NCBI GenBank assembly: GCA_964016885.1
Contig: OZ024743.1
Coordinates: forward strand, 57,164,001 to 57,228,000
Reading direction: 5' to 3'
Source: Eledone cirrhosa
Lineage: Eukaryota
DNA length: 64,000 bases
Shown in pieces: positions 43,453 through 56,896 of the stretch; position 1 is the first letter of the stretch; each line of letters begins with the position of its first letter. The position numbers were made by a program, and so were the translations under genes. The notes beneath the pieces are model-generated. The model had not been told where the DNA came from and ran no database searches. It saw nothing but the letters and a program-made list of their open reading frames with translations.

Positions 43453-44083
43453 ATTTGTTTATTGAAAAAAACAAAGATTCAATACAATAGGTCTGTTTGG
43501 GAACAGGTTTTGAATTGACCAATAGAGAGATAGTGATGGTCAGGATAGTAATATAGTAGTAGAAGAACCTTAAATTATGGGTAGAGGAAGGTAGATTTCA
43601 GTTTTGGATGGAAAAGAATATTATGAGTGAAGGATTATTTTAGGGAAGAAATAGGTCTTATGCTGACCTCAGAAATAATTTTATTTGTTCATTGACTAAA
43701 ACCAACAAAGATCTAATATATTCTGTCTGTATGGTAAGAGGTTTAGAATTAACCAATAGAAAGTTAATAATTGGCCAAATGGTAAAATAGTAGTAATTGA
43801 AGCTTATTTTAGGGGTGAAACTAGGTCAGGTGGTCAGTAAAAGGTATACAAGCAGTTGCTGTTATAAAATAGTAATGCCAATACAAATATCTAAGGTGAC
43901 TAAAGTTTTAAGATAAGAATGTTAGTGAAAAAAATACATCTATGAAAAGAATATAAATTAATTTAATTGATGGGTATAATTTATATTGATAAATTTATAC
44001 TAATACATATAGATATGATAAATAAGAGTTAGATGCAGTTGAAAAGTGCTGTTAAAGATGAGGGGAAATTAAAAGAATATAAA

Positions 44084-44123
<40 letters not shown>

Positions 44124-44165
44124 TTATATATATATATATATATATACACATATATATATACACAT

Positions 44166-44233
<68 letters not shown>

Positions 44234-44521
44234 TTACATATACATATATATATACATATGTATATACATACACACACACACATATACATATATATATATA
44301 TATACACATATATACACACATATACATATATATATATACATAGATATATACATGCATATATACATACATACACATACACATACACACACATATACACTTA
44401 TATATACATATAATTATTGGGGGGGGGGATTAAATTTATTAGTGAGAAATAGTAAATATATATAGTTTTCAAGGAACATAGAGTCATAACCTGAAGTTAA
44501 AGCATTATATATGTTTACTTA

Positions 44522-44638
44522 CGATCTGAGTTCAAATCCCGCCGAGGTTGACTTTGCCTTTCATCCTTACGGGGTCGATAAAATAAAGTACCAGTAATGA
44601 ACTGGGTAATTGCTGGCCTTGTGCCTAAAGTAGAAACA
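44522..44638 (+). mobile_element. 5'-truncated SINE A in the left arm only
   Basis: 18-bp TSD ATTATATATGTTTACTTA; empty site near 49460-49477 in the right arm. Confidence 0.92.
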
Positions 44639-44899
44639 ATTATATATGTTTACTTAATGGTATCAGTTTTAGGAAATGATATTTGCAAGAAGGAAAGCAA
44701 AATTATGTAGTTCATCAGTAGTAGAATATTAATTATAGGTTAACTAAATTAAAAATAGTTTATATATTAATTTCTAAAGTGTATATTAATTAGGTTTATA
44801 ATTTTTAAAGCAGAATTATGTAGTTCATCAGTAGTAGAATATTAATTATAGGTTAACTAAATTAAAAATAATTTATAAATTAATTTCTAAAGTGTATAT

Positions 44900-46883
44900 G
44901 AATTAGGTTTATAATATTTAAAGGTTTTTCTCAGTTTATGATTACACGATATTATTAATTCCTGTCGCTTATTTAATAGGATATCCTTAGATTTCATTAT
45001 TTCAAAAAGTTCTTGGGAACTAATCTACATTCATTTCTACTATTTTGATAAGGGGTGGCCCTTTTGAGCACACTCCAGGTCAGGTTATATTCTATATTCC
45101 TCTTTCTATAACTATTTATTATTTCAGCTAGAGATGTTGTATTAGCTAGTGCGGCATTTTTAAAACTATGTTTGTGGGTATTAAATCTTACCTTAAATTT
45201 GTTAGAGGTAGCTCCTATATATGAATAAATTGAGTCCTTAGTGTTAACTTTACATTTATATACTATGTTATTAACAAGGCAATTTCCTTTTAATGGACAG
45301 TTTGCCTTGTTTCTACAGTTACAACTTTTCGTGAATCCTGTATTTGAGGAGATATTATGGTTAGTTTGATGTACTGGTGGTATACTCATGGTTTTTTTAC
45401 ATTTATATGCATTATAGGCACTTATATTTTATGTTTTTGGTTGTTGAGTAGGAGAATTTAACCGTTGATCTATTTAAGATTTGATGGTATTTGTGGTTTG
45501 GTGGGAAGTTTTTCTCTAGGATATTAAAGAACTTTTTAGGTATATTTGTAAATTAAATGGAGCATTGTACCAAGTAACTCGTCTATTACGGTTTCGATGT
45601 TGTTTATTGTTTTTATAGGATGCATCCTGATGTTTATTAAGAGAATTATTGTTAATGACCTCACCACACACATTTTTAGTTAGAATTATTGATTTAGGTG
45701 TTTTAGCTTGTTTATTAGGAGTTTTATTATTAACATTTATTAGAGTTGTAGGATGAGTAGTTTTTTGAGAGTTACTATACTGTATATTAGAAGAGTTAGA
45801 GAAATTTGGTTTTATGTTGGTGTTTTGGGGTATAGTGTGAGTGGCATTTAGGTGTGTATGTTTCATTTGGTGTTTGTTGGTAATATTAGGTTGTAAGTTT
45901 GTAGTGTTATTGGTAGAAGGTATATATACTAATCTATTTTTGTGGCCACTTCTAGCTAGAGCTTCGTTATAAAAGGTCGCATTTTTATCAAATACATCTT
46001 GGTTAGACGAAAGGTTAGACATTCTAAGTGATATATTATATGCAAGGTTTTTAAGGATAGATTTAGGGTGATTAGATTGTGAGTGTATGTAGTGTAAATT
46101 TTGGTTGGGTTTATGGTAAGGTTGGTAGATACCCGTAGATAAGTCTAATGTTATATCTAGGAAATTAACTACTTTACTTGTGTTTTCAAATGTAATATCT
46201 AGACTATAATATTCTTTGAGGAAAGTTCTAATAAGCTTTTTATTTTTTTCTATCTCTGAGAGGCTAAGGTTATTGGAAAGAAGAAGACAGTCGTCACGAT
46301 ATAAACCACCTTTAAGGTGGGGAAAAGAAGCATTTATGTTAAAAAGAAGAAAGAGGCCCACAATATCAGTAATTTGGGCAGAATCGCTTGAGTCCATAGT
46401 AATATCGAATAGATTACTATATGTGTTTCTGGTCCAGTATTCATTCTGAAATTCCAATAGTGTTAGTCTAGCATGTGTAATAATATTAATGTCATCCAAA
46501 GTTAAGTTAGATCTATTTTTAGCAAATATCAAGGCTTTGTTCAGGAGTATAGGTGATATAGAAGAATAATAATTATCTATATCAAATTGTAGAAATGAAG
46601 CAGAGGATTTATTTCTAATATTATTAAACCAGTTAATTACCTGGGATGTGTTTTCCCAGAGTGGTAAATTAACATGTTTTCTTAGTTGTGGGATGACTCT
46701 ATCTAAAATGTTTTTACTAATTATTCCAATATCAGATTTGGAAGGGCATATAAGCCTTATAGAAGGATTAGAGTTAAAGTTAGATTTATGATCTTTCAGG
46801 TTGAAGTGAGGTCTTTTCAATGCCAAAGGTTCAGTTCTATCTTCAATATTAAGTCTATTCACTATGCTGTGTGTTTTGTTGTT
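44900..46883 (-). pseudogene. PLE RT plus GIY-YIG, left-arm copy, frameshifted
   Basis: ORFs 45516-46862 and 44997-45389 are nearly identical to the right arm. Confidence 0.9.
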
Positions 46884-47109
46884 TATTTTATTAATTTATC
46901 TTGACTCTGTTTTCCGTTTATTTTTCACCGAAAGTAGTTTTTGAATGCATCTTCTCTTTTCATGATATCCGGATTACATTGAGTTCTTCATACGGATTGG
47001 ACACTACCGTAAACCTTTGGTAGATTTATCTACATACTTTGCTCCTATTTTCATGGGGATATTCTTAATTTTATATTGTATGTGTATATATATTTATATA
47101 TATATAAAA

Positions 47110-49218
47110 AAATCTAAAAAAATCCATGTCCACTCGGACAAAACATGGATATTGAAAATTACAATGAGTTCATATATAAAGAACTCAGGAAAAATTATAG
47201 AAAAACAAATAATGCGTCACTTACCAACATCAACAACAAAACACACAGCATAGTGAATAGACTTAATATTGAAGATAGAACTGAACCTTTGGCATTGAAA
47301 AGACCACACTTCAACCTGAAAGATCATAAATCTAACTTTAACTCTAATCCTTCTATAAGGCTTATATGCCCTTCCAAATCTGATATTGGAATAATTAGTA
47401 AAAAATTTTTAGATAGAGTCATCCCACAACTAAGAAAACATGTTAATTTACCACTCTGGGAAAACACATCCCAGGTAATTAACTGGTTTAATAATATTAG
47501 AAATAAATCCTCTGCTTCATTTCTACAATTTGATATAGATAATTATTATTCTTCTATATCACCTATACTCCTGAACAAAGCCTTGATATTTGCTAAAAAT
47601 AGATCTAACTTAACTTTGGATGACATTAATATTATTACACATGCTAGACTAACACTATTGGAATTTCAGAATGAATACTGGACCAGAAACACATATAGTA
47701 ATCTATTCGATATTACTATGGACTCAAGCGATTCTGCCCAAATTACTGATATTGTGGGCCTCTTTCTTCTTTTTAACATAAATGCTTCTTTTCCCCACCT
47801 TAAAGGTGGTTTATATCGTGACGACTGTCTTCTTCTTTCCAATAACCTTAGCCTCTCAGAGATAGAAAAAAATAAAAAGCTTATTAGAACTTTCCTCAAA
47901 GAATATTATAGTCTAGATATTACATTTGAAAACACAAGTAAAGTAGTTAATTTCCTAGATATAACATTAGACTTATCTACGGGTATCTACCAACCTTACC
48001 ATAAACCCAACCAAAATTTACACTACATACACTCACAATCTAATCACCCTAAATCTATCCTTAAAAACCTTGCATATAATATATCACTTAGAATGTCTAA
48101 CCTTTCGTCTAACCAAGATGTATTTGATAAAAATGCGACCTTTTATAACGAAGCTCTAGCTAGAAGTGGCCACAAAAATAGATTAGTATATATACCTTCT
48201 ACCAATAACACTACAAACTTACAACCTAATATTACCAACAAACACCAAATGAAACATACACACCTAAATGCCACTCACACTATACCCCAAAACACCAACA
48301 TAAAACCAAATTTCTCTAACTCTTCTAATATACAGTATAGTAACTCTCAAAAAACTACTCATCCTACAACTCTAATAAATGTTAATAATAAAACTCCTAA
48401 TAAACAAGCTAAAACACCTAAATCAATAATTCTAACTAAAAATGTGTGTGGTGAGGTCATTAACAATAATTCTCTTAATAAACATCAGGATGCATCCTAT
48501 AAAAACAATAAACAACATCGAAGCCGTAATAGACGAGTTACTTGGTACAATGCTCCATTTAATTTACAAATATACCTAAAAAATTCTTTAATATCCTAGA
48601 GAAAAACTTCCCGCCAAACCACAAATACCATCAAATCTTAAATAGATCAACGGTTAAATTCTCCTACTCAACAACCAAAAACATAAAATATAAGTGCCTA
48701 TAATGCATATAAATGTAAAAAAAACCATGAGTATACCACCAGTACATCAAACTAACCATAATATCTCCTCAAATACAGGATTCACGAAAAGTTGTAACTG
48801 TAGAAACAAGGCAAACTGTCCATTAAAAGGAAATTGCCTTGTTAATAACATAGTATATAAATGTAAAGTTAACACTAAGGACTCAATTTATTCATATATA
48901 GGAGCTACCTCTAACAAATTTAAGGTAAGATTTAATACCCACAAACATAGTTTTAAAAATGCCGCACTAGCTAATACAACATCTCTAGCTGAAATAATAA
49001 ATAGTTATAGAAAGAGGAATATAGAATATAACCTGACCTGGAGTGTGCTCAAAAGGGCCACCCCTTATCAAAATAGTAGAAATGAATGTAGATTAGTTCC
49101 CAAGAACTTTTTGAAATAATGAAATCTAAGGATATCCTATTAAATAAGCGACAGGAATTAATAATATCGTGTAATCATAAACTGAGAAAAACCTTTAAAT
49201 ATTATAAACCTAATTAAT
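47110..49218 (+). pseudogene. PLE RT plus C-terminal GIY-YIG, right-arm copy, frameshifted
   Basis: LKDHK, FDIDNYYSSI, GLYRDD, CNCRNKANCPLKGNC, IVY..YIG, LNKRQE..SCNH. Confidence 0.9.
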
Positions 49219-49420
49219 ATACACTTTAGAAATTAATTTATAAATTATTTTTAATTTAGTTAACCTATAATTAATATTCTACTACTGATGAACTACATAA
49301 TTCTGCTTTAAAAATTATAAACCTAATTAATATACACTTTAGAAATTAATATATAAACTATTTTTAATTTAGTTAACCTAAAATTAATATTCTACTACTG
49401 ATGAACTACATAATTTTGCT
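49195..49420. repeat. About 114-bp tandem duplication in the PLE 3' region
   Basis: Two copies, mirrored at about 44697-44922. Confidence 0.85.
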
Positions 49421-49758
49421 TTCCTTCTTGCAAATATCATTTCCAAAAACTGATACCATTAAGTAAACATATATAATGCTTTAACTTCAGGTTATGACTC
49501 TATGTTCCTTGAAAACTATATATATTTACTATTTCTCACTAATAAATTTAATCCCCCCCCCAATAATTATATGTATATATAAGTGTATATGTGTGTGCAT
49601 GTGTATGTGTATGTATGTATATATGCATCTATATATCTATGTATATATATATATATATATATGTGTATATGTGTGTATATATGTGTATATATATATATAT
49701 ATGTATATGTGTGTGTGTGTGTATGTATATACATATGTATATATATATGTATATGTAA

Positions 49759-49818
<60 letters not shown>

Positions 49819-49829
49819 ATGTGTATATA

Positions 49830-49875
<46 letters not shown>

Positions 49876-49880
49876 TATAT

Positions 49881-49953
49881 ATATTGTTATACTTTGGGAG
49901 GGTCATGTTGCCAATAAAGATAAAGAATCTTGCTAAACAAATTCAGAAACGAA
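49881..49953. mobile_element. About 73-bp two-piece family B insert in the right arm only
   Basis: Two opposite-orientation 3' ends; duplication ATAAGTATATATA; empty site near 44120. Confidence 0.85.
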
Positions 49954-49957
49954 ATAA

Positions 49958-49997
<40 letters not shown>

Positions 49998-50629
49998 TTT
50001 ATATTCTTTTAATTTCCCCTCATATTTAACAGCACTTTTCAACTGCATCTAACTCTTATTTATCATATCTATATGTATTAGTATAATTTTATCAATATAA
50101 ATTATACCCATCAATTAAATTAATTTATATTCTTTTCATAGATGTATTTTTTTCACTAACATTCTTATCTTAAAACTTTAGTCACCTTAGATATTTGCAT
50201 TGGCATTACTATTTTATAACAGCAACTGCTTGTATACCTTTTACTGACCACCTGACCTAGTTTCACCCCTAAAATAAGCTTCAATTACTACTTTTTTACC
50301 ATTTGGCCAATTATTAACTTTCTATTGGTTAATTCTAAACCTCTTACCATACAGACAGAATATATTAGATCTTTGTTGGTTTTATTCAATGAACAAATAA
50401 AATTATTTCTGAGGTCAGCATAAGACCTATTTCTTCCCTAAAATAATCATTCACTCATAATATTCTTTTCCATCCAAAACTGAAATCTACCTTCCTCTAC
50501 CCATAATTTAAGGTTCTTCTACTACTATATTACTATCCTGACCCTCACTATCTCTCTATTGGTCAATTCAAAACCTGTTCCCAAACAGACCTATTGTATT
50601 GAATCTTTGTTTTTTTCAATAAACAAATA

Positions 50630-50771
50630 TCATTATTTCTGAAGACAGCATATATATGTTTAGGTATGTATATTCCCTCTGATAGTTTGTATAAATATTG
50701 TACATAGATCTATAGAATATGCATACCAACTCTAACACATATATATCCTAGAAACGATCGTAAAATGATGA
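50630..50771 (+). ncRNA. Hammerhead with about 105-nt stem II (right arm)
   Basis: tcattattt-CTGAAGA-long hairpin-GAAA-cgatcg-TA|aaatgatga; 9-bp stem I; palindromic ACGATCGT. Confidence 0.75.
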
Positions 50772-50924
50772 ATTTTTTTAATATAAGGAACTGTTTCTTT
50801 GTTTATTCATTATTTTATTAATTTAAGATATAACATAGTATATAGTTTAATCAACTCTGCCGCTATCCACGAATTACTAGCCTTGTGCCTAAATTTGAAA
50901 TAATAGATATACTGTTTATAGATA

Positions 50925-51115
50925 AACATAGATAATGTAGTCCTGGATAAACTGTGATACATTAGATAATGTACTCTCAGATAAACTATATCACCTTAGA
51001 TATAGTATTCCTAGACATGTTGGATACTGTAGTCCTAGATAAATTGTAACATAGACAAATGTTGTCCGAAATAAATTATGGCACATTTAGATATTGTAGT
51101 CCTAGATTGACTATG
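50925..51115. repeat. Degenerate minisatellite, about 33-bp unit
   Basis: Recurring AGATAATGTAGTCCTAGATAAA-like units. Confidence 0.65.
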
Positions 51116-51769
51116 TCTGGTTGAAAAAAAAGTCAATGATAATGGTAGAAATACGATTAAATATATTTTAATTGAATGACATTCATGAGCTTGGCTGGTT
51201 TCGATTGGGGATCCAGCCGGATCAGTTGGAGATGGTTGCTTCTGACAGGAACCGGTGGAAGGAGTGTTCGAGGGCTCTGCCGCCACGGCCTTCTTAGGAA
51301 TAAGTGAGCAAAGAAGAAGAAAAAGGAGGATGAGTGCTATCCCAGAATGAAGAGCAGCTACAACAACAGCATGTTATAAACGAGAATGATATTTCCCGTA
51401 CTAACTGCAGTGGTAACGAGCCCGTTAACTACTGCGTTAACCACTGTATTAACCGCTGTTTTAACCACTAGGTTAACGTCTATTTTAACCACTGAGGTAG
51501 TAACACCACCACGAGTCACCCCCCCCCCCCCCCACGGCCACCACGACCGCCACGACCCCCCCCCCCCACCATCGTACAGTCATCGTAGAATCAAGTTTAA
51601 TTCTATTTGACAAGTAATTCTAAAACCTATCATTTGATTGTTCACATGTCCACATCATACTGCTGTACAGACAGCGCGCGCGCGTGTGTGTATGTATATA
51701 TGTATGTATATACATTTAACATCATACAATGCACATATGTATCTATATGTACATATATACACATATATG

Positions 51770-51829
<60 letters not shown>

Positions 51830-51952
51830 TACACATACATACATGTGTATATATATGTACATACACTACCAACACATACTCAATATATATATACACTATA
51901 TATACACCCTTAATATCATATAATGCACATATACACATATATACATATATAT

Positions 51953-51996
<44 letters not shown>

Positions 51997-52032
51997 AGGT
52001 ATATATATATATATATATATATGTGTATGTAT

Positions 52033-52148
<116 letters not shown>

Positions 52149-52269
52149 ACATATATATATATATATATATATACCTACATACCTCCCTTTACCATCTACA
52201 CATCTTACCACATATACACCCGCCATTGTTTTATAGCCATACAATTGCGTAGAAGTGTATTTAGATTAA

Positions 52270-52317
52270 CTACACCAATATGTATGTATGCACACACACA
52301 CACACACACATACACGC

Positions 52318-52380
<63 letters not shown>

Positions 52381-53250
52381 CACACACACACGCAGTTACA
52401 CACACACACACACACATATATATATTCAATGATATATTCTGTGCGTTTATTACATATAATAAACGAATACATACACATACATATAATTGTTTATACACAT
52501 ACAGACGCAGATGCAGATAACTTCTTCGTCTCCATATCGTATATTTTCTATAAATCTATACATACATACTCTAACACAATTATACTATAAACAAACACAC
52601 ATATACAGCCACAAGCAATCACACTCATATGGAGCCAGAGGGAAAAGTAGACACACCACACACACAACGACAAGCAACACACGCACATACACACACAACT
52701 ACATGCTTAGCTATACATACAACCACAAGCAAATTTACATATATACCGCCACTGGCAAACGCACACATATAACAGCCAACACAAACACACACCCATACAA
52801 TCACAAATATATATATACACATATACCACTACAGGCATCTCACACATATGACAATTGATAAACACATACACGCACACATCCACAGGGAAACATACACACA
52901 CACAGACCCTTACTTCCAGCCACACACACACAGAGCCTTACTTCCAGCCACACACACACACACACACACAGACTTACATCTAGCCACACACACATACACA
53001 TGGCCAAACGCGTGGACACATACAGCCAAACACTTGCACATACATGCAGACACACACATACACACACAACTACTAAATATACATACAGCCATAAGCAAAC
53101 CCACAAATACAACCACAGGCTAACACACACACATAAAGCTACAGGCGGTCTCTTACACACACTGACACACGCGCAAACACAGACACATGCACACACACAC
53201 ACTTACAACCATACAGGCACACATAGACTTACCCCGGTGCACACATGTAT
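52270..53250. repeat. Long degenerate CA-rich tract
   Basis: (CA)n-derived sequence with CAGCCAC units. Confidence 0.8.
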
Positions 53251-53697
53251 TAAATGAGAAATTATATGATATGATATTAAATTTCTGCAAAGTCTAAAAC
53301 AGTTTTCTAATAATAATTGGAGGTGAATTAATGAAGTGAAAAAGAGACTTATTGAAGTGGTTTTTGTATTGTTGTTGGAGGTAGTTTACCATACGTTGTA
53401 TATATATATATATATATATATATAAAGTAGTGACGTCGATGTTTCAGCCAGATGTTGCGACCAAGCTGAAGTTTTTCTACATTCTACTATGGCATTTTAA
53501 ACACACAGCCTTATATATATTATTCTGTTGATGAAAGTTGGTTGACCATATAATCTGCCGACGTTTTCGTAAAACATTTGTTTTCCTTAGGATTTTCTCG
53601 GTAAGGATCAACCTTGTGGTTGTATTCACGTCACATACGTATAATAGAATAACGTAAAAAAATGAAGATGTACGAATAAAATCGTCTCTCTTATTTG

Positions 53698-53763
<66 letters not shown>

Positions 53764-54044
53764 GGAATAGAATGAAACGAAATTTCATTTCTCTATCTTA
53801 GTACGGCACTTACTTAAATGTAAGTATGTATGTATGTATACGTACATACATATATGTATACAGACGTACAGTAGTATGTATATATATACATACATGCACA
53901 CATATATATATATATATGCACGTATCGCTTTACCGAACATTTATTATAATGCTCGGTTTGTTTGTTTGTAAACAAGCAAACAGCCCGAATTACGCCGTAC
54001 AGTGTTTAGGCAAACACGTCACCTTTTTGTTCAACACTGACACA

Positions 54045-54094
<50 letters not shown>

Positions 54095-54356
54095 TGAAAA
54101 TAGTAAAAAGGACGAAGTGTTAGGTCTTCATTACGTTTATTGACTGGAAGTTACAATCCCTAAATATATGTAAACCCCCCCCCCCCCCACACACAATATT
54201 TGAGTCCCGGGTTCAATCGGGGTAACCACAGTTAGTAAAGTACTCAATACATTAGTAGAAGGTAAACATCAAGTTTAATATAGAAATGGCTTCTACAGGA
54301 CTAGAACTGTTTCATTCAACAGGAAGCATCTGTATATATATATATATATATATATA

Positions 54357-54548
54357 ACGAAGGAAATGTGGTAAGGAACCAGGTGGACCATAACGCACCA
54401 AAGTACTCAATACTTAGGGTAGTAGAGTGGGTAATAGGAACAAGTAGGACCCCGACGGCTGAGCTCAAGCCGTTTCTACGGCTAATTCTGGACCAGAAGT
54501 AGCCGTCGAAACGGCGGCTTGAACTCAGCCGTCGGGGTCCTACTTGTT

Positions 54549-54551
<3 letters not shown>
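54357..54551. mobile_element. Second copy of the 22322-type palindromic insert (opposite orientation)
   Basis: Same two end points as 22322-22508 but a different apex. Confidence 0.85.
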
Positions 54552-54641
<90 letters not shown>

Positions 54642-54642
54642 T

Positions 54643-54681
<39 letters not shown>

Positions 54682-54861
54682 TGTGTGTGTGTGTGCTGAT
54701 ACACATCTTTTTCCGTTCACTGGATTTATACGTGGATTTATACGCTCCATTATTAGACTATATTATAGTCAAACATTTTATGGTGAACCTTCTTTTTCAA
54801 TTTGAAACTTGCTGGCCGTGTTCCAAACATCCTTACACACACACACATACACACACACACG

Positions 54862-54895
<34 letters not shown>

Positions 54896-55048
54896 CTAGC
54901 AGAGACAGCCTGTAATTATCGAGTATATTATGAAAGTAACAATATTTTTGGCACGTAGTATAAAATATTTGGTCTATGAAATAGGATCGCTGATGAGTAT
55001 ATTCACTGAAGTAGGAACTGCATCAAGATAAAAATATTGTTTGATTTG

Positions 55049-55570
55049 TATGCTGCTGAAGGGGTCGAGTCTACTTCCCAGTAATACTTCCTGAATGTCT
55101 AAAATGTCTGCTCTTCCAGGATACATCGAAAAAAAAGAGACTTCCACAGATTCAAAAATACAATTCTACCTTTCTAACGGCATATTTCGGAGCTGAAAAG
55201 AACATGACAGACTTTCCATCTATACAACTTATAAAATTCAGGTACAACTTATAAAATTCAGGTACAAATTTGTGTAAATATATTTCATGGACAGAGTTCT
55301 GTCCATGAAATATATTTACACAAATTTGTGAAGTTCCTTTAAAAGTGGTAGAAGGCCACACACTAAATGGTAGCAGTACCTGAATTTTATAAGTTGTATA
55401 GATGGAAAGTCTGTCATGTTCTTTTCAGCTCCGAAATATGCCGTTAGAAAGGTAGAATTGTATTTTTGAATCTGCGGAAGTCTCTTTTTTTCGATGTATC
55501 CTGGAAGAGCAGACATTTTAGACATTCAGGAAGTATTACTGGGAAGTAGACTCGACCCCTTGAGCAGCAT
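55049..55570. repeat. Nested inverted repeat
   Basis: Outer arms about 55049-55245 and 55377-55570; inner palindrome about 55266-55328. Confidence 0.9.
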
Positions 55571-56094
55571 AAACCTGGTCTTTCTGCCACCCACGTTTTG
55601 GCACCAGATTGTTCAAAACATTTCATTCTCCGAAGAATTTGTGGATTACTCCTGTAGTCATTTTGGGTGAGGGGGTCATAGAAGAAGCATCTACCAATCA
55701 ATTCCTATTTCCTATTGCTCGTGCTTCTGCTTGGATTGTAGAACAGTGTGCTTAATCAACATTTCGCCTAATTTACTGGTGTTTCTCAATTTGTTATTCT
55801 CGAGTATCAGCATTCATGTAGCTGTTTTGAATACTAATTATCTGTCCATTACTCATTCCTGGGCTCGGGTCAAAGCATATTACAGCCTGTTAGCAGCCAG
55901 ACAGGCCTGTCGAGCGTCTTCACTGTCTTTAAGTTGCTGTGCTCTCTCTGACCTCTGAAGGAAACCTTCCATATAATAGTCTATTTCAGTGTTTGTCTTT
56001 AAACTCTTAATTTAAATAAACTTGCTAACACCATAATGTGCTACTACTCCGTGTAACAACTCTGGCAGTAATGAACATCGAGTTTTTAGAAACA

Positions 56095-56290
56095 ATTATT
56101 TATCCAAGTACCGGTCGCTCTCTGATAGGTTTATGGTAGCACCTGTAGCAGTGGAGACTTTGGAGATTCTTGGCTCTAGGACCACATCCCTACTCACTGC
56201 TATTGGAGCGGAGTTGGCTACCGGCAGTTGCGAGCCCCACGAAGTGGAGTGGCTGTTCCAGCTCGTCTCCCTCGCCATCCCCCGGGACCC
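56095..56290 (+). pseudogene. CRE-like RLE C-terminal fragment
   Basis: PVAVETLEILG...EPHEVEWLFQLVSLAIPR. Confidence 0.7.
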
Positions 56291-56896
56291 AGAAATGGAG
56301 GGTAAGTTAGTTGGAGGTGGAGGATACACGTTCGGTTATCATTTTCACTCTATTTCTATATGTACTTGATTCTTGTTAACATACAACATTCTAATTAATA
56401 CCATTAATAGGATTACTGAGCAAAAAATTATGAAATAGATTATTTATTAATTCAATGTAAAATATGATTTGAACAAACAATTTTAATCACAGGCAGTTTA
56501 AGTGTTATTACACGCTACATTTATTTCAACATTGAAACGATTTTAAAATATATTGAAAGTTCATTCAGTAATGTTGTTGCAACAAACTAATTATAAGAAC
56601 CTGAGTGTTTTGTAGTTAGTTTCAGCCATACATAGAAATATAGGAATTTCAGAATGAATTACAAACTATACGACTAAGGTATTAGGATGTATGTGTATTC
56701 TTGGTTTAGACCTGTGGTGTTACATTGAAAAGACGATTAGGGTTCCTAACTATCATTATTTTTTTATTTGTCGCATTTCTACATTTAAATCTGTCTGTCC
56801 ATTTATGTGTCTGTCTAGAACGCAATACACATACACACACACGCAGACACACACGCACGGACGCACGCACGCACGCACACACAGATATATATATAT

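Larger units (their letters stand above)
43121..50825. mobile_element. Giant head-to-head palindromic PLE insertion (Hydra-clade-like)
   Basis: Arms 43256-46883 and 47230-50825; 16-bp TSD AGATATAACATAGTAT at 43105-43120 and 50826-50841. Confidence 0.93.

Noticed and set aside
49280-49420. CTGATGA in the 114-bp duplication as a hammerhead
   Set aside because: No properly placed stem II, GAAA or NUH.
43121-50825. Giant palindrome as an assembly artefact or DNA transposon with long TIRs
   Set aside because: The arms differ by independent TSD-bearing insertions and substitutions, and they encode RT and GIY-YIG rather than a transposase.
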